From the NCBI GenBank assembly GCA_040954595.2, contig CM082597.2, positions 8,266,343 through 8,330,342 on the forward strand: a stretch of 64,000 nucleotides of DNA, read 5' to 3'. This document shows positions 13,201-26,363 of this stretch, one piece after another. Each line of letters opens with the position of its first letter. Positions within the stretch are counted from its first letter, which is position 1. Both the position numbers and the translations under genes were made by a program. Under the pieces are notes generated by a model, which was not told the DNA's origin, did no database searches, and saw only the letters and a program-made list of their open reading frames with translations. The DNA comes from Balanoglossus misakiensis. Its lineage: Eukaryota > Animalia > Hemichordata.

Positions 13201-14500
13201 CTCCACATTTGGCAGCACAATCGAAGACGACTCTCACCTTTTCTGGTTTCATGGGATGCGTCACCGGATGATGAGGTAGGTACCATAACCGTCTATCGTC
13301 TTCTTTGTTTTCATCAGATACTTCTTTTGCGTGACCTTGTACAATATAGTCTTGTATAGTTGCACTGTACTTTTCATGGAGATCTGGATATTTAAGTAGA
13401 CGTCTTTTGAGTAGGTTGAGTCGTTTCTCAGCTACATGCCTGTTATTTGGTAAGGCTGGTTCTTCAAATTTCCAAGGTAGCTTCAACTGATAGTGGCCAT
13501 TTTGTAGACGGACAGATCGATCCATTATCTTCTTTGCCCTTCGGTCTTCTAATGACATGCATTCTTTAGTATCCACTAGATTTTCGTTGAAGTCGGCATT
13601 GTACATCCTTTTCAATTGTGATGAAATGGACTCCATACCTTTGATAGAAGTATCACTGTCGATGATCTGGTCCATATTGATAAAGTTGATTGATGAGTTG
13701 GTTTCTTTCTTTCCTTTCATCGGCCCAATCAACGTCCATCCAAGTAATGTTCGGATTGCGTATGGTTGTTTTCTCCCGGCACGTCTTTCCTCCAGGACCC
13801 AGTGTGCTTCTGGAATGTCGTTACCGATCAGGATTGTGACTTCCTTGTTCTGCAATTCTGGTAATTCAACATCCTTCAGATGAGACCATTCCTTCGTATC
13901 CTCTGCTGTTGGTATACTGTTTGCCGTTATGGGAAGTTTGTCCGTCGTCCATAGCTTATCAAGATGAACACTTTGATTTCTATGTAGACCTCGTACATCT
14001 AATTTAACTTCACGTCCATACTTCTTCGTTTCAGCATCGAGTGTGGAAAGTGTATATGTAATGGGTTGTCCACCCAAACCAAGTCTGTCTGCTAGAGATG
14101 AGAGACATATTGTTGTGTCTGAACCATTGTCCAGGAATGCATAAGTTTCAATCTCTGCTCCTCCCTCCACTCCACTTACTCGGACTGGTACAACTTGTAG
14201 GCTGATACGTGGCTTGTTTGTCCTGGTTGCTTTACAATGAACGGTGTTACCGGCCCCATTGGTTACTTCAGAATTCCCGTCACTTTTCTCATCTTTATTC
14301 TTCCCAAGACGTGTTGTGGGTGGAGCTGGTCTACCACTTCCACTGGGATACATTTCATTTGATGACTGGGTAGGATGTGACGATACTGGGTGTAGTAATG
14401 GGTGGTGAAGTCTTCCACAATCAATACAGGGGGTGATAATCTTGAGATAATCTTGAAAAGACTGGAAATACCTGTCAATCTTCTCACTTGGACTGGTCAT
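10244..14500 (-). CDS. BEL/Pao pol polyprotein (aspartic protease, RT, RNase H, integrase)
   Basis: Open 1418-aa frame: AFLDNGSDTT (PR); WYLPHHPV, KVRVVFDCAA, ADIKQMFHQV, FYVDD (RT); FCDAS, PRLEL, WTDS, NPAD (RH); H..GH..CVVC, DFFGP, SDNG, GVWER (IN). Confidence 0.95.
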   Translation of the reverse strand: MTSPSEKIDRYFQSFQDYLKIITPCIDCGRLHHPLLHPVSSHPTQSSNEMYPSGSGRPAPPTTRLGKNKDEKSDGNSEVTNGAGNTVHCKATRTNKPRISLQVVPVRVSGVEGGAEIETYAFLDNGSDTTICLSSLADRLGLGGQPITYTLSTLDAETKKYGREVKLDVRGLHRNQSVHLDKLWTTDKLPITANSIPTAEDTKEWSHLKDVELPELQNKEVTILIGNDIPEAHWVLEERRAGRKQPYAIRTLLGWTLIGPMKGKKETNSSINFINMDQIIDSDTSIKGMESISSQLKRMYNADFNENLVDTKECMSLEDRRAKKIMDRSVRLQNGHYQLKLPWKFEEPALPNNRHVAEKRLNLLKRRLLKYPDLHEKYSATIQDYIVQGHAKEVSDENKEDDRRLWYLPHHPVTHPMKPEKVRVVFDCAAKCGGTSLNDQLLQGPDLTNSLVGVLLRFRQYPVAVVADIKQMFHQVHVDPEDCDVLRFLWWPNGDLTKEPVDHQMLVHLFGVTSSPSCSAYALRRTADDNRSNFDSDIIVAVYRNFYVDDFLKSVLAVDTAKRLITEVSALLSNGGFHLTKWISNCTEVLSSIPSEERAPSVMNLDLEDLPVDRALGVQWDIQEDTMSFRVGKESKSETRRGILSVVASVYDPLGFVAPFVLPVKRILQELCKEGCGWDEAIPVKYLVAWREWLQKLPMLKAMVIPRCYTPPGFGKPQSIEIHHFCDASTEGYGVVSYLQFTDKGGNFHCSLVTGKSRVAPLKTITVPRLELTAATVAVKVSKQIKEELQFPIHRERFWTDSTIVIQYICSSTRRFKTFVANRLQLIHDATLPSQWHHVPSQLNPADCASRGITLKAAKAKSKLWFEGPEFLWKSEGNWPTQPTDLPRISDEDNELKMAKVCAVVNSNQTDDTDIIHSLIHRFSSWYKLCKSVAWILRYKKYLRARIENGGNGKVPVGALTVSEVSDATLEVIRVVQRKAFPKEISTQLKNPSRKPDSEGYTSPLCRLSPIYKDGIIHVGGRLNNAPIDETTKHPIILPHNHHVTELIVQFFHEQEGHVGTTHVLSRIRKEYWILRGQATVRRILRKCVVCRRWNARPGTQIMAPLPTPRVTPGESAFAAVGIDFFGPLKVKWRRGTSKRYGCIFTCLAIRAVHIEVTHSLSTDSFIQAVWRFVSRRGPPKTVYSDNGTNFRGAESEIKEALASWNQEKITDSLRKRDIQWYFNAPAASHTGGVWERMIRSVRKILRALVGNQLIDDETLLTVLAEVEKIINDRPLTRQSDDPNDLEALTPNSLLLLRPNPCTSPADTVTTSTANHRRNQANLIANSFWKRWLHEYLPSLQQRQKWLKPKRNLTVGDLVIVVEENIPRGQWSKGLVQQTYPDQYGNVRQVLVKTETGRLRRDVRKLCLLEESSTRITP

Positions 14501-15379
14501 CCTTGCTTAACTTGTATCAACAGAATATTCTTCGGAATGAAACGAAGTTCCCTCTTCTGCTAATTCAGCCTCCATTTCAGCCTGTTTTAACTTCTGTTGA
14601 ACGTCTAGAATCTTCAATGTTGACTGCATCTTTATTTCTTCTTCTCGAAGTCGCAGATCACGAAGCTTGGCTTTGGCTTCTTCTTCTTGCTGTATCTTTT
14701 CAAGTTCAAGCTGGGTTTCCAATATCTTCCTTCTTGCAATTCTTGAAGCTCAACTTGCCTTTGAACTCGATAAAGAACATATATTACTTGTCTGCCGGTT
14801 ACCATTTCCATAAGACGTTTGACTATGTGATTTCTTTTTTACAGATTTTACCTGGTCCTTGGTAGAGTGACATGAATTTTTGGAAGCTGCTGAACCGTTG
14901 ACATCATCCTCTTGTGAAGCTGGTGGCACTTCTGGCTCCAACCCACGTGACGGACTTGTTATCGTGATTCGATGAGACGAAATCCAATTCTTCAGGCGTT
15001 GTTCCAGACACTCTTTTCTGTTAACTTCAGATTCGTGTTCAAGTCGTACACTTTCTTGTTCGGACCTTGAAAGATGTTTTTGATATTCATAACAAGTATT
15101 CGTATATGAAGTAAAAATCCTATCCAAGTCTTCTTTCTTTTTGGTAACTGCTTGGTAGTCAGGCGACGACATTAACATGGTCTCTACATCCATGTAAATA
15201 CGTGTCATATGGCCGCGGTAAGCGATAATTGATCTCCTTAATTTGGGAACTAAATCAATCGGCTTACCGGCTTTTTCTTCTCTTGTTGAGCTAGCTGTTT
15301 TTGATGAACTGCTACTCTAGACGGAGACAGGGCCTGGTGCTGCTGGAACATGGAACATCTCGTCGTTTCCAGTTGCCAT
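14501..15379 (-). pseudogene. Remnant N-terminal gag region of the BEL/Pao element
   Basis: ATG near 15379, same frame as pol; in-frame stops at 14750 and 14507; coiled-coil and Ser-rich segment runs almost directly into the last knuckle remnant CIDCGRLHHPLLH. Confidence 0.75.
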
Positions 15380-15445
15380 GACTTTCTAATGTATCTGCTA
15401 GTACACGGTTACACCAGGTTTCAGTCCAACGTCATCTGAGAACTA

Positions 15446-16106
15446 TGTAGGATCCAATTCCTACTTGCATGGGCCCCTGGAGTACACACTCTGGACACTC
15501 GTGTTGTATAAAAATTCTCCTTTTATTTTACTCTCTACGAGGAGCAAACTGTTCGGTGCATACAAAATAGACCGTGCACGACGTAATAACACGGTTCTAA
15601 TACTGGTATAACACTGGTATAACACGGGTACAACACGGTTCTGTATAAACAAATACATAGACGAAATAAATTCAAGTAAGTATTCAAAGGTAAATGTAAA
15701 ATGCCGATACAGAAGTTCAAACTCAATTACAAAGCAAATTCCAAAAATACAGCGTTTACAGGTAAGTAAATTCAAATCAATTCTATTCAATCACTCAAAA
15801 TTAATGTTTTATAAATGAAGTAGTCTGCGTCCTGGATAGTCGCTGCTTCTGTTGAAAGACCGCTCTGTATCGCTAAATAAAACAGGTAAGTCTTACCTCA
15901 GATGGTGACGCTTTTAGGGGCTCAAAAAGCATGCAGTGCAGTGGTCACAAACATGTAGCCTAGAAGGCCTGACGTGGCAAAAATGAAAACTTGCACACTG
16001 GCGAGGTGCCAATTTATAGTGAAAAGGAAATTTGCATATTGGATAACCACTATGTGCATGTGCACCTGCACACACAGCCATCCAATCAGGGAGGACTGCA
16101 CTTACA
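15446..16106 (-). repeat. 5' LTR (661 bp)
   Basis: TGTAAG...CCTACA on the minus strand; followed internally by TAGTTCTCAGATGACGTTGG. Confidence 0.95.
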
Positions 16107-16132
16107 ACTATAAGTACAGTCCTGGTGTAAGT

Positions 16133-16860
16133 CAAATAAACTTACTTTTAATATTGACAAAATAAACTATGTTATTTTCAAAACAACCCAGGCGAAGTTT
16201 AAGCCTGAGGGGGATTTATATCTCTCTGATTTACCAATACAAAATGTTTCATCTGCTGTTTATCTTGGAGTTACTCTTGACTCATCATTATCCTGGAAGT
16301 CTCACATCAACATTATTTTTAAGAAGGTTCGCCAAAAAATCGGTATTATTTCATATGTACGCCATTATCTCCCTAAGTCTATAATTTTATTATTATACAA
16401 TTGTCTTATCCTTCCCCATATAATGTATTGTATCGAATTATTGGGAAATGCGTATAAAACCTATTACGATTGTATTTTCAAATTGCAAAAGAGACTTGTG
16501 AGACTTATAACATTTTCTATCCCAAATACACAAAGTGCACCACTTTTTCAGCAACTTGGAATTCTTAATGTTTACAAACTCTGTAAATTTCAAACTTGTG
16601 TTTTTGTGTGTGATCTAAAGGCAGGGCATTATGCCCACTCACTAGATCGCTATTCTTCATTTGTATCACACAAATATTTTACAAGATTTGCCTCTTCTGA
16701 TAAGTTTACGCTTTCCAAAGTAAAACTTACTTCATCTCAAAATGATTTATACTATTCTATTGCCAAGCATTGGAATGAAATTCCTACACATATAAAATCA
16801 ATTTAATCAAGGAATTTATTTAAAAGCTCTCTGAAAATGTATCTGTAGAGCATAGATTAA
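16133..16860 (+). mobile_element. 5'-truncated CR1-group (Crack/L2-like) LINE, RT C-terminal fragment
   Basis: NKLTFNIDKINYVIF..YLGVTLDSSLSWKSHI..LLYNCLILPHIMYCIELLGN..LQKRLVRLIT..SAPLFQQLGILNV..HWNEIP. Confidence 0.85.
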
Positions 16861-17249
16861 TTTAACCTCTGTTATAAACCTGTTTACTTTGTCACCGCGT
16901 TGTTTGACTACCAACTATTGCTTTGTGATATGAATTGGCAATTATATTAATCGTTTCAATGATTTGTATGTATTTAGGGCCAGGGACACTAGAACTACTT
17001 CCCTGGTCCGCACCAGTTACGTCAAATGCATCTATCTGGTGAAATAAACTGGCAATTTGGGCAACTGTAGCTACATGCAAGCAGTAAATATTGCCCGAAA
17101 CACTTCAGGGGTATGAGGCAGGGCCAGTGACATGCATGACGATAGACGTAGATTTGGAAGCAAAGCGGACAGAAAATGGCTAGATACTAGACTACCTAAA
17201 TTGTTCAGAACCCTTCAATGAAAACAAGACAATATTCATCAACAACGGA

Positions 17250-18040
17250 TTTTAATAATAATAATGCAAAACAAAATAAGTACATAAAACAGATCAAAAA
17301 ACTACGGTACACAAAAAAGACAAAGGATAGACATTAGGACGAAAAAGAAAGCAAGGCTGCGGAGTTGAAATCCGTTTAACAGATGCATTTACACTGGTGT
17401 TTCTCAAGTGTTCCATTTTTCAATGCAATACAATATTCGACTTCTGTTACCATGTTCATGTAATTGTGTCATACAAGTCTCTGAGGGTTTTTAAAATGAC
17501 TAACATATACATTTTTGGCAAGAATAAGTAGATGTACCATATCTATACTAATTTAAGCCCGCCGATCCTAAACTTTTCAGAGCTTCTTAAACTGGAAGTA
17601 AAAATAACAATTTCAAATGCAAAAAAAAAAAACGAAAATTGTGCGAAACGCACAATGACTATGACGTCATTCTTCTACACTACGGTGGCCAAAGATATAA
17701 CAAAATTGCACAGTACAAAAACCTTCCTATGCCAACTACCCTATATCTGTAAACCAAGTAATAGGAACAGCACATACTTTTTTGTTTGGCCTCAAGTTGA
17801 ATATCAATGTTAAAATCATCAAATAAATACAATATTCCCTCCAAAAAGCTTTCACAACTGAGCAAAACCATAATCGATGTAATAGAGAATCGGGGTATTC
17901 GGAACAGAAGTTACAAAGCTCGCTGTCAACTTTACCCAGTTTCTTCAAAACCTTGTTCTTGTAGATATTTCTGTGAAGATAAAATTGAAAACATTCTACA
18001 TTTAGATTCGTATGGAATCTAAATGTAGAATTATTGTAGT
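17250..18040 (-). mobile_element. L1/Tx1-type LINE ORF2 3' fragment
   Basis: C-terminal cysteine-rich motif SELCNFCSEYPDSLLHRLWFCSVVKAFW; degenerate; followed by a T-rich 3' region. Confidence 0.75.
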
Positions 18041-18099
18041 GGGTATGAAATATGGTAGTCTGTAGGAGTGTGGTAGTTTGTGTGTTTGGGGGAGCTTGT

Positions 18100-18155
18100 T
18101 TGTATGTATGGAGGTTGGTTGACGATGATGATTGTGATGATGATGATTGTGATAA

Positions 18156-18187
<32 letters not shown>

Positions 18188-18444
18188 GTTTGTTTGTTTG
18201 TTTGTTTGTTTGAAGGTATGTATGGAGGTAAGGTGATGATGATAATGATGATTGTGATGATAATTATGATGAAGATGATTGTGATGGATAGATAGGTTTG
18301 TTTGTTTGTTGGTTTGTTTGTTTGTTGGTATGTATGATGAAGATGATGATTGTGATGATGATGAAGATGATAATGATGAAGATGATGATTGTGATGATGA
18401 TTGTGATGATGATGAAGATGAAGAAGATAAAGATGATGATGATT

Positions 18445-18476
<32 letters not shown>

Positions 18477-19494
18477 AATGATGATGATAATGATGATGAT
18501 GATGATGATGATGATTGTGAGGATGATAATGAAGATGATGATTGTGATGATGATGAAGATATAGATGAAGATGAAGATGATGATGATGATGATGATGATG
18601 ATAATGATAAAGATGATGATGATGGATGAAGGTTTGTTTGTTGGTTGGTTTGTTTGTAGGTATGTATGGAGGTAAGGTGATGATTATGATGATGATGATG
18701 ATGATGATGATGATTAAGATGATGATGATGAAGATGATGATGAAGATGATGATGAAGATGATGATGAAGATGATGATGATTGTGAGGATGATAATGAAGA
18801 TGATGATTGTGATGATGATGAAGATAAAGATGAAGATGATGATAATGATGAAGAAGATAAAGATGATGATGATGGATGAAGGTTTGTTTGTTGGTTGGTT
18901 TGTAGGTATGTATGGAGGTAAGGTGATGATGATGATGAAGATGATGATGAAGTTGATGATGAAGATGATGATGAAGAGGATGATGATGATGAAGATGATG
19001 ATGATGATTGTGATGATGATGATGAAGATTATAACGGAATGATGATGATGATGATGAAAATAATGTAGATGAAGATGAAGATGATGATGGATGGAGGTTT
19101 GTTTGTTTGTAGGTATGTATGGAGGTAAGGAGATGATTATGATGATGATGATGAAGAAGATGATGATGATGATGATGATGAAGATGATGAAGATGATGAT
19201 GATGATTGTGAGGATGATAATGAAGATGATGATGATGGATGAAGGTTTGTTTGTTGGTTGGTTTGTTTGTAGGTATGTATGGAGGTAAGGTGATGATTAT
19301 GATGATGATGATGAAGATGATGATGATGAAGAAGATGATGATGATGATGATTAAGATGATGATGATGATGATTGTGAGGATGATAATGAAAATGATGATG
19401 ATAGATGGAAGTTTGTTTGTTTGTTTGTTTGTAGGTATGTATGGAGGTAAGGTGATGATGATGATGAAGATGATGATGAAGTTGATAATGAAGT

Positions 19495-19525
<31 letters not shown>

Positions 19526-19860
19526 GATGATGATGATTGTGATGACGTTGATGAAATGATGATGATGATGATGATGGAGGTTTGTTTGTTTGTTTGTTTG
19601 TAGGTATGTATGGAGGTAAGGTGATGAAGATGATGAAGATGAAGATGATGATGATTGTGATGATGATGAAGATTATGATGGAATGATGATGATGATGAAG
19701 ATGATGAAGATGAAGATGAAGAAGATGATGATGAATATGATGATGATGGATGGAGGTTTGTTTGTTTGTTGGTTGGTTTGTTTGTAGGTATGTATGGAGG
19801 TAAGGTGATGATGATGAAGATGAAGATGATGAAGATGATGATGAAGATGAAGAAGATAAA

Positions 19861-19906
<46 letters not shown>

Positions 19907-19944
19907 GTGATGATGTTGATGAAATGATGATGATGATGATGAAA

Positions 19945-19995
<51 letters not shown>

Positions 19996-21110
19996 GTTTG
20001 TTTGTTTGTAGGTATGAATGGAGGTAAGGTGGTGAAGATGATGAAGATGAAGATGATGATGATTGTGATGATGATGAAGATTATGATGGAATGATGATGA
20101 TGATGAAGATGATGAAGATAAAGATGATGATGATGGATGGAGGTTTGTTTGTTTGTTTGTTTGTTTGTAGGTATGTATGGAGGTAAGGTGATGAAGATGA
20201 TGAAGATGATGATGAAGATGATGATAATGATGATGATGATTGTAATGATGATTGTAATGATGATGATGATGATGATTGTGATAATAATGAAGATGAAGAA
20301 GATGAAGAAGATAAAGATGATGATGATGATGATGATGAAGATGATGATGATGATTGTGATGATGTTGATGAAATGATGATGATGATGATGATGAAAATGA
20401 TGATGATGATGATGATGATAATAATGATGATGATGATGATGATGGATGGAGGTTTGTTTGTTTGTTGGTTGGTATGAATGGAGGTAAGGTGATGATGATG
20501 AAGATGGAGATGATGAAGATTGTGATGATGATGAAGATTATGATGGAATGATGATGATGATGAAGATGATGAAGATGAAGATGATGATGATGATGATGAT
20601 TGATGGAGGTTTGTTTGTTTGTTTGTTTGTTTGTTTGTTTGTTTGTTTGTTTGTTTGTTTGTAGGTATGTATGGAGGTAAGGTGATGTAGATGATGAAGA
20701 TGATGATGAAGATGATGATAATGATGATGATGATGTAGATGATGATTGTGATGATGATGAAGATGATGATTGTGATGATGATAAAGATGATGATGATGAT
20801 GATAATGATGATGATTGTGATGATGATGATGATGATGATGATTGTGATAATAATGAAGATGAAGAAGATGAAGAAGATAAAGATGATGATGATGATGATG
20901 AAAATGATGATGATGATGATGATGATGAAGATGATAATGATGATGATGATGATGATGATTGATGGAGGTTTGTTTGTTTGTTTGTTGGTTTGTTTGTAGG
21001 TATGTATTGAGGTAAGGTGATGATGATGAAGATGGAGATGATGAAGATGATGATGATTATGATGATGATGATGATGATTGTGATGATGATAATGAAGATG
21101 ATGATGATTG

Positions 21111-21142
<32 letters not shown>

Positions 21143-22111
21143 GTGATGATGATGAAGATGATGAAGATGATAATGATGTTTGTGATGATGATGATTGTGA
21201 TGATGATGATTGTGATGATGATGAAGATGAAGATGAAGAAGATAAAGATGATGATGATGACGATGATGATGATGATGAAGATGAAGATGAAGATGATGAA
21301 GATGAAGATGAAGATGATGATGGATGGAGGTTTGTTTGTTTGTTTGTTTGTTTGTAGGTATGTATGGAGGTAAGGTGATGAAGATGATGAAGATGATGAT
21401 GAAATGATGATGATGATGAAGATGATGATAAAGATGATGATGATGAAGATGATGATAATGATGATGATTGTGATGATGATGATGATTGTGATGATGATTG
21501 TGATGATGATTGTGATGATGATATAGGTGATGATGATAAAGATGATGATAAAGATGATGATGATGAAGTTGATGATGATGATGATTGTGATGATGATTGT
21601 GATGATAATGAAGATGAAGAAGATAAAGATAATGATGATGATAATGATGAAGATGATGATGATGATTGTGATGATGTTGATGAAATGATGATGATGATGA
21701 TGATGATGGAGGTTTGTTGGTTTGTTTGTTTGTAGGTATGTATGGAGGTAAGGTGATGAAGATGATGAAGATGAAGATGATGATGATTGTGATGATGATG
21801 AAGATTATGATGGAATGATGATGATGATGAAGATGAATATGATGAAGATGAAGATGATGATGATGATGATGGATGGAGGTTTGTTTGTTTGTTTGTTTGT
21901 TTGTAGGTATGTATGGAGGTAAGGTGATGTAGATGATGAAGATGAAGATGATGATGATTGTGATGATGATGAAGATGATGATGATGAAAATGATGATGAT
22001 GAAAATGATGATGATGATAATGATGATTGTGATGATGATGATTGTGATGATTATGAAGATGAAGAAGATGAAGAAGATAAAGATGATGATGATGATGATG
22101 ATGATGATGAA

Positions 22112-22153
<42 letters not shown>

Positions 22154-23146
22154 GATGATGAAGATGATGATGAAGATTGTGATGATGATAATGAAGATGA
22201 TGATGATTGTGATGATAAAGATGAAGATGATGATGATGATGATGATGATAATGATTATTGTGATGATGATGATTGTGATGATGATTGTGATGATGATGAA
22301 GATGAAGAAGATGAATGAGATATAGATGATGATGATGATGATGATGATGATGATAATGATGATGATGATGATTAAGATGATGATGATGATGATGATGGAT
22401 GAAGGTTTGTTTGTTTGTTTTTTGGTTTGTTTGTAGGTATGTATGGAGGTAAGGTGATGATGATGATGATGAAGATGAAGATGATAATGATGATAGTGAT
22501 GATGATGAAGAAGATTGTGATGGAATGATGATGATGATGATGATGATGATGATAATGATGATGATTGTGATGATGATGATGATGATGATTGTGATGATGG
22601 TGATTGTGATGATGATTGTGATAATAATGAAGATGAAGAAGATGAAGAAGATAAAGATGATGATGATGATGATGATGAAGATGATGATGATTGTGATGAT
22701 GTTGATGAAATGATGATGATGATGATGATGATGATGGAGGTTTGTTTGTTTGTTTGTTGGTTTATTTGTTTGTAGGTATGTATGGAGGTAAGGTGATGAA
22801 GATGAAGATGATGATGATTGTGATGATGATGAAGATTATGATGGAATGATGATGATGAAGATGATGAAGATGAAGATAAAGATGATGATGATGATGGGTG
22901 GAGGTTTGTTTGTTTGTTTGTAGGTATGTATGGAGGTAAGGTGATGAAGATGATGATGAAGATGATGATAATGATGATTGTGATGATGATAATGAAGATG
23001 ATGATGATTATGATGATGATGAAGATGAAGATGATGATGAAGATGATGATGATGATAATAATAATGATTGTGATGATGATGATTGTGATGATGATTGTGA
23101 TGATGATTGTGATGATGATGAAGATGAAGAAGATGAATGAGATATA

Positions 23147-23177
<31 letters not shown>

Positions 23178-23727
23178 AAGATGATGATGATGATGATGAT
23201 GGATGAAGGTTTGTTTGTTTGTTTTTTGGTTTGTTTGTAGGTATGTATGGAGGTAAGGTGATGATGATGATGATGAAGATGAAGATGATAATGATGATAG
23301 TGATGAAGATGAAGATGATGAAGATGATGATGATGATGAAGATGATGATGATGATGATGATGATAATGATGATTGTGATGATGATGAAGATTATGATGGA
23401 ATGATGATGATGATGAAGATGATGAAGATGAAGATAAAGATGATGATGATGATGGGTGGAGGTTTGTTTGTTTGTTTGTAGGTATGTATGGAGGTAAGGT
23501 GATGAAGATGATGATGAAGATGATGATAATGATGATTGTGATGATGATAATGAAGATGATGATGATTATGATGATGATGAAGATGAAGATGATGATGAAG
23601 ATGATGATGATGATAATAATAATGATTGTGATGATGATGATTGTGATGATGATTGTGATGATGATGAAGATGAAGATGATGAAGTTGATGATAATGAAGA
23701 TGATGATGGAATGATGAAGAGGATGTA

Positions 23728-23759
<32 letters not shown>

Positions 23760-24275
23760 AATGATGATGATGATGATGAAGATGATGATGATTGTGATGA
23801 TGATGATGATGACGATGATGATGATGATTGTGATGATGATGATGATGAAGAAGATGATAATGATGATGATGATGATGGGTGGAGGTTTGTTTGTTTGTTT
23901 GTAGGTATGTATGGAGGTAAGGTGATGAAGATGATGAAGATGATAATGAAGATGATGATAATGATGATTGTGATGATGATAATGAAGATGATGATGATTG
24001 TGATGATGATGAAGATGAAGATGATGAAGTTGATGATAATGAAGATGATGATGGAATGATGAAGAGGATGGAATGATGATGATGATGATGAAAATGATGA
24101 TGATGATGATGAAGATGATGATAATGATGTAGATGATGATGATAATGATGATGATGATTGTGATGAAGATGATGATGATAATGATGATGATGATTGTGAT
24201 GAAGATGATGAAGATGATGATGATGATGAAGATGAAGACGATGATGGAATGATGATGATGATGAAAATGATGAAA

Positions 24276-24318
<43 letters not shown>
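18100..24318 (+). repeat. Compound satellite domain A: (GAT)n variants with spacer GGATGGAGG(TTTG)nTAGGTATGTATGGAGGTAAGGT
   Basis: About 23 spacer copies (18184 to 23877) separated by variable GAT/GAA/AAT/TGT triplet tracts; plus strand nearly devoid of C. Confidence 0.95.
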
Positions 24319-24320
<2 letters not shown>

Positions 24321-24398
24321 GTGTGTGCGAATGAGTGTAGTTTGTTTGATGTGTGCGGTGTGTGCGGTTGTGTGATGTGTGCGGTGAGTGGTAATGAG

Positions 24399-24429
<31 letters not shown>

Positions 24430-24549
24430 AATGATGATGATGATGATGATGGAATGATGATGATGGAATGATGATGATGTTGATGATGGTGAAGATGATG
24501 ATGGAATGATGAAGAGGATGGAATGATGATGATGATGATGATGATGAAA

Positions 24550-24602
<53 letters not shown>

Positions 24603-24773
24603 GATGATGATAATGATGAAGATGATGATGATGATGATGATGATGATAATGATGATTGTGATGATGATGATGAAGATGATGATGGAATGATGATGGTGTG
24701 TGCGAATGAGTGTGGTTTGTTTGATGTGTGCGGTGTGTGCGGTTGTGTGATGTGTGCGGTGAGTGGTAATGAG

Positions 24774-24813
<40 letters not shown>

Positions 24814-25229
24814 GATGATGATGATGGAATGATGAAGAGGATGGAATGATGATGATGATGATGAAAATGGTGAAGATGATGATGATGATTGTGATGAAGA
24901 TGATGAAGATGATGATGGAATGATGAAGAGGATGGAATGATGATGATGATGATGAAAATGATGAAGATGATGATGATGATGATGATGATGATTGTGATGA
25001 AGATGATGAAGATGATGATGATGAAGATGATGATGATGATGATAATGATGATTGTGATGATGATGATGATGATGAAGATGACGATGGAATGATGATGATG
25101 ATGAAAATGATGATGATGGTGATGATGATGAAAATGATGATGATGATGATTGTGTGTGCGAATGAGTGTGGTTTGTTTGATGTGTGCGGTGTGTGCGGTT
25201 GTGTGATGTGTGCGGTGAGTGGTAATGAG

Positions 25230-25272
<43 letters not shown>

Positions 25273-25510
25273 AATGATGATGATGATGATGATGATGGAA
25301 TGATGATGAAGATGATGAAGATGATGGTGATGATGATGGTGGTGATGATGATGAAGATGAAAATGATGAAGATAATGATGAAGATAATGATTAAGATGAT
25401 GAAGATGATGGTGATGATAATGGTGATGATGATGAAGATGATGATGGAATGATGATGATTAAAATGATGATGATGATGATGATGATGATGAAGATGATGA
25501 TAATGATGAA

Positions 25511-25541
<31 letters not shown>

Positions 25542-25835
25542 GTGATGAAGATGATGAAGATGATGATGATGAAGATGATGATAATGATAATGATGATTGT
25601 GATGATGATGATGATGAAGATGATGATGGAATGATGATGATGATGAAAATGATGATGATGGTGATGATGATGAAAATGATGATGATGATGATGATTGTGT
25701 GTGCGAATGAGTGTGGTTTGTTTGATGTGTGCGGTGTGTGCGGTTGTGTGATGTGTGCAGTGAGTGGTAATGAGTGATGATGATGATGAAGATGATGGTG
25801 ATGAAGATGATGATGATGATGATGATAATGTTGAA

Positions 25836-25872
<37 letters not shown>

Positions 25873-25978
25873 GTGAAGATGATGAAGATGATGATGATGA
25901 AGATGATGATGATGATGATAATGATGATTGTGATGATGATGATTAAGATGATGATGGAATGATGATGATGATGATGAA

Positions 25979-26012
<34 letters not shown>

Positions 26013-26100
26013 GTGTGTGCGAATGAGTGTGGTTTGTTTGATGTGTGCGGTGTGTGCGGTTGTGTGATGTGTGCGGTGAGTGGTGGTGAGTGGTAATAAG

Positions 26101-26170
<70 letters not shown>

Positions 26171-26311
26171 ATGATGATGATGATGATGATGTTGATGATG
26201 ATGAAGATGATGAAGTTGATGATGGAATGATGAAGAGGATGGAATGATGATGATGATGATGATGAAAATGATGATGATGATGATGATGATGAAGATGATG
26301 ATAATGATGAA

Positions 26312-26363
<52 letters not shown>

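Larger units (their letters stand above)
9376..16106 (-). mobile_element. BEL/Pao LTR retrotransposon, two LTRs, 5-bp TSD ACTAT
   Basis: LTRs 9376-10045 and 15446-16106; outer termini TG...CA; ACTAT at 9371-9375 and 16107-16111; PR-RT-RH-IN domain order with Pao-type motifs. Confidence 0.97.

Noticed and set aside
8505-14865. Plus-strand ORFs overlapping the DIRS RT and BEL pol
   Set aside because: Antisense shadows of real coding frames
15441-15445. AACTA before the 5' LTR resembling the TSD
   Set aside because: It is internal primer-site sequence; the true TSD pair is 9371-9375 and 16107-16111
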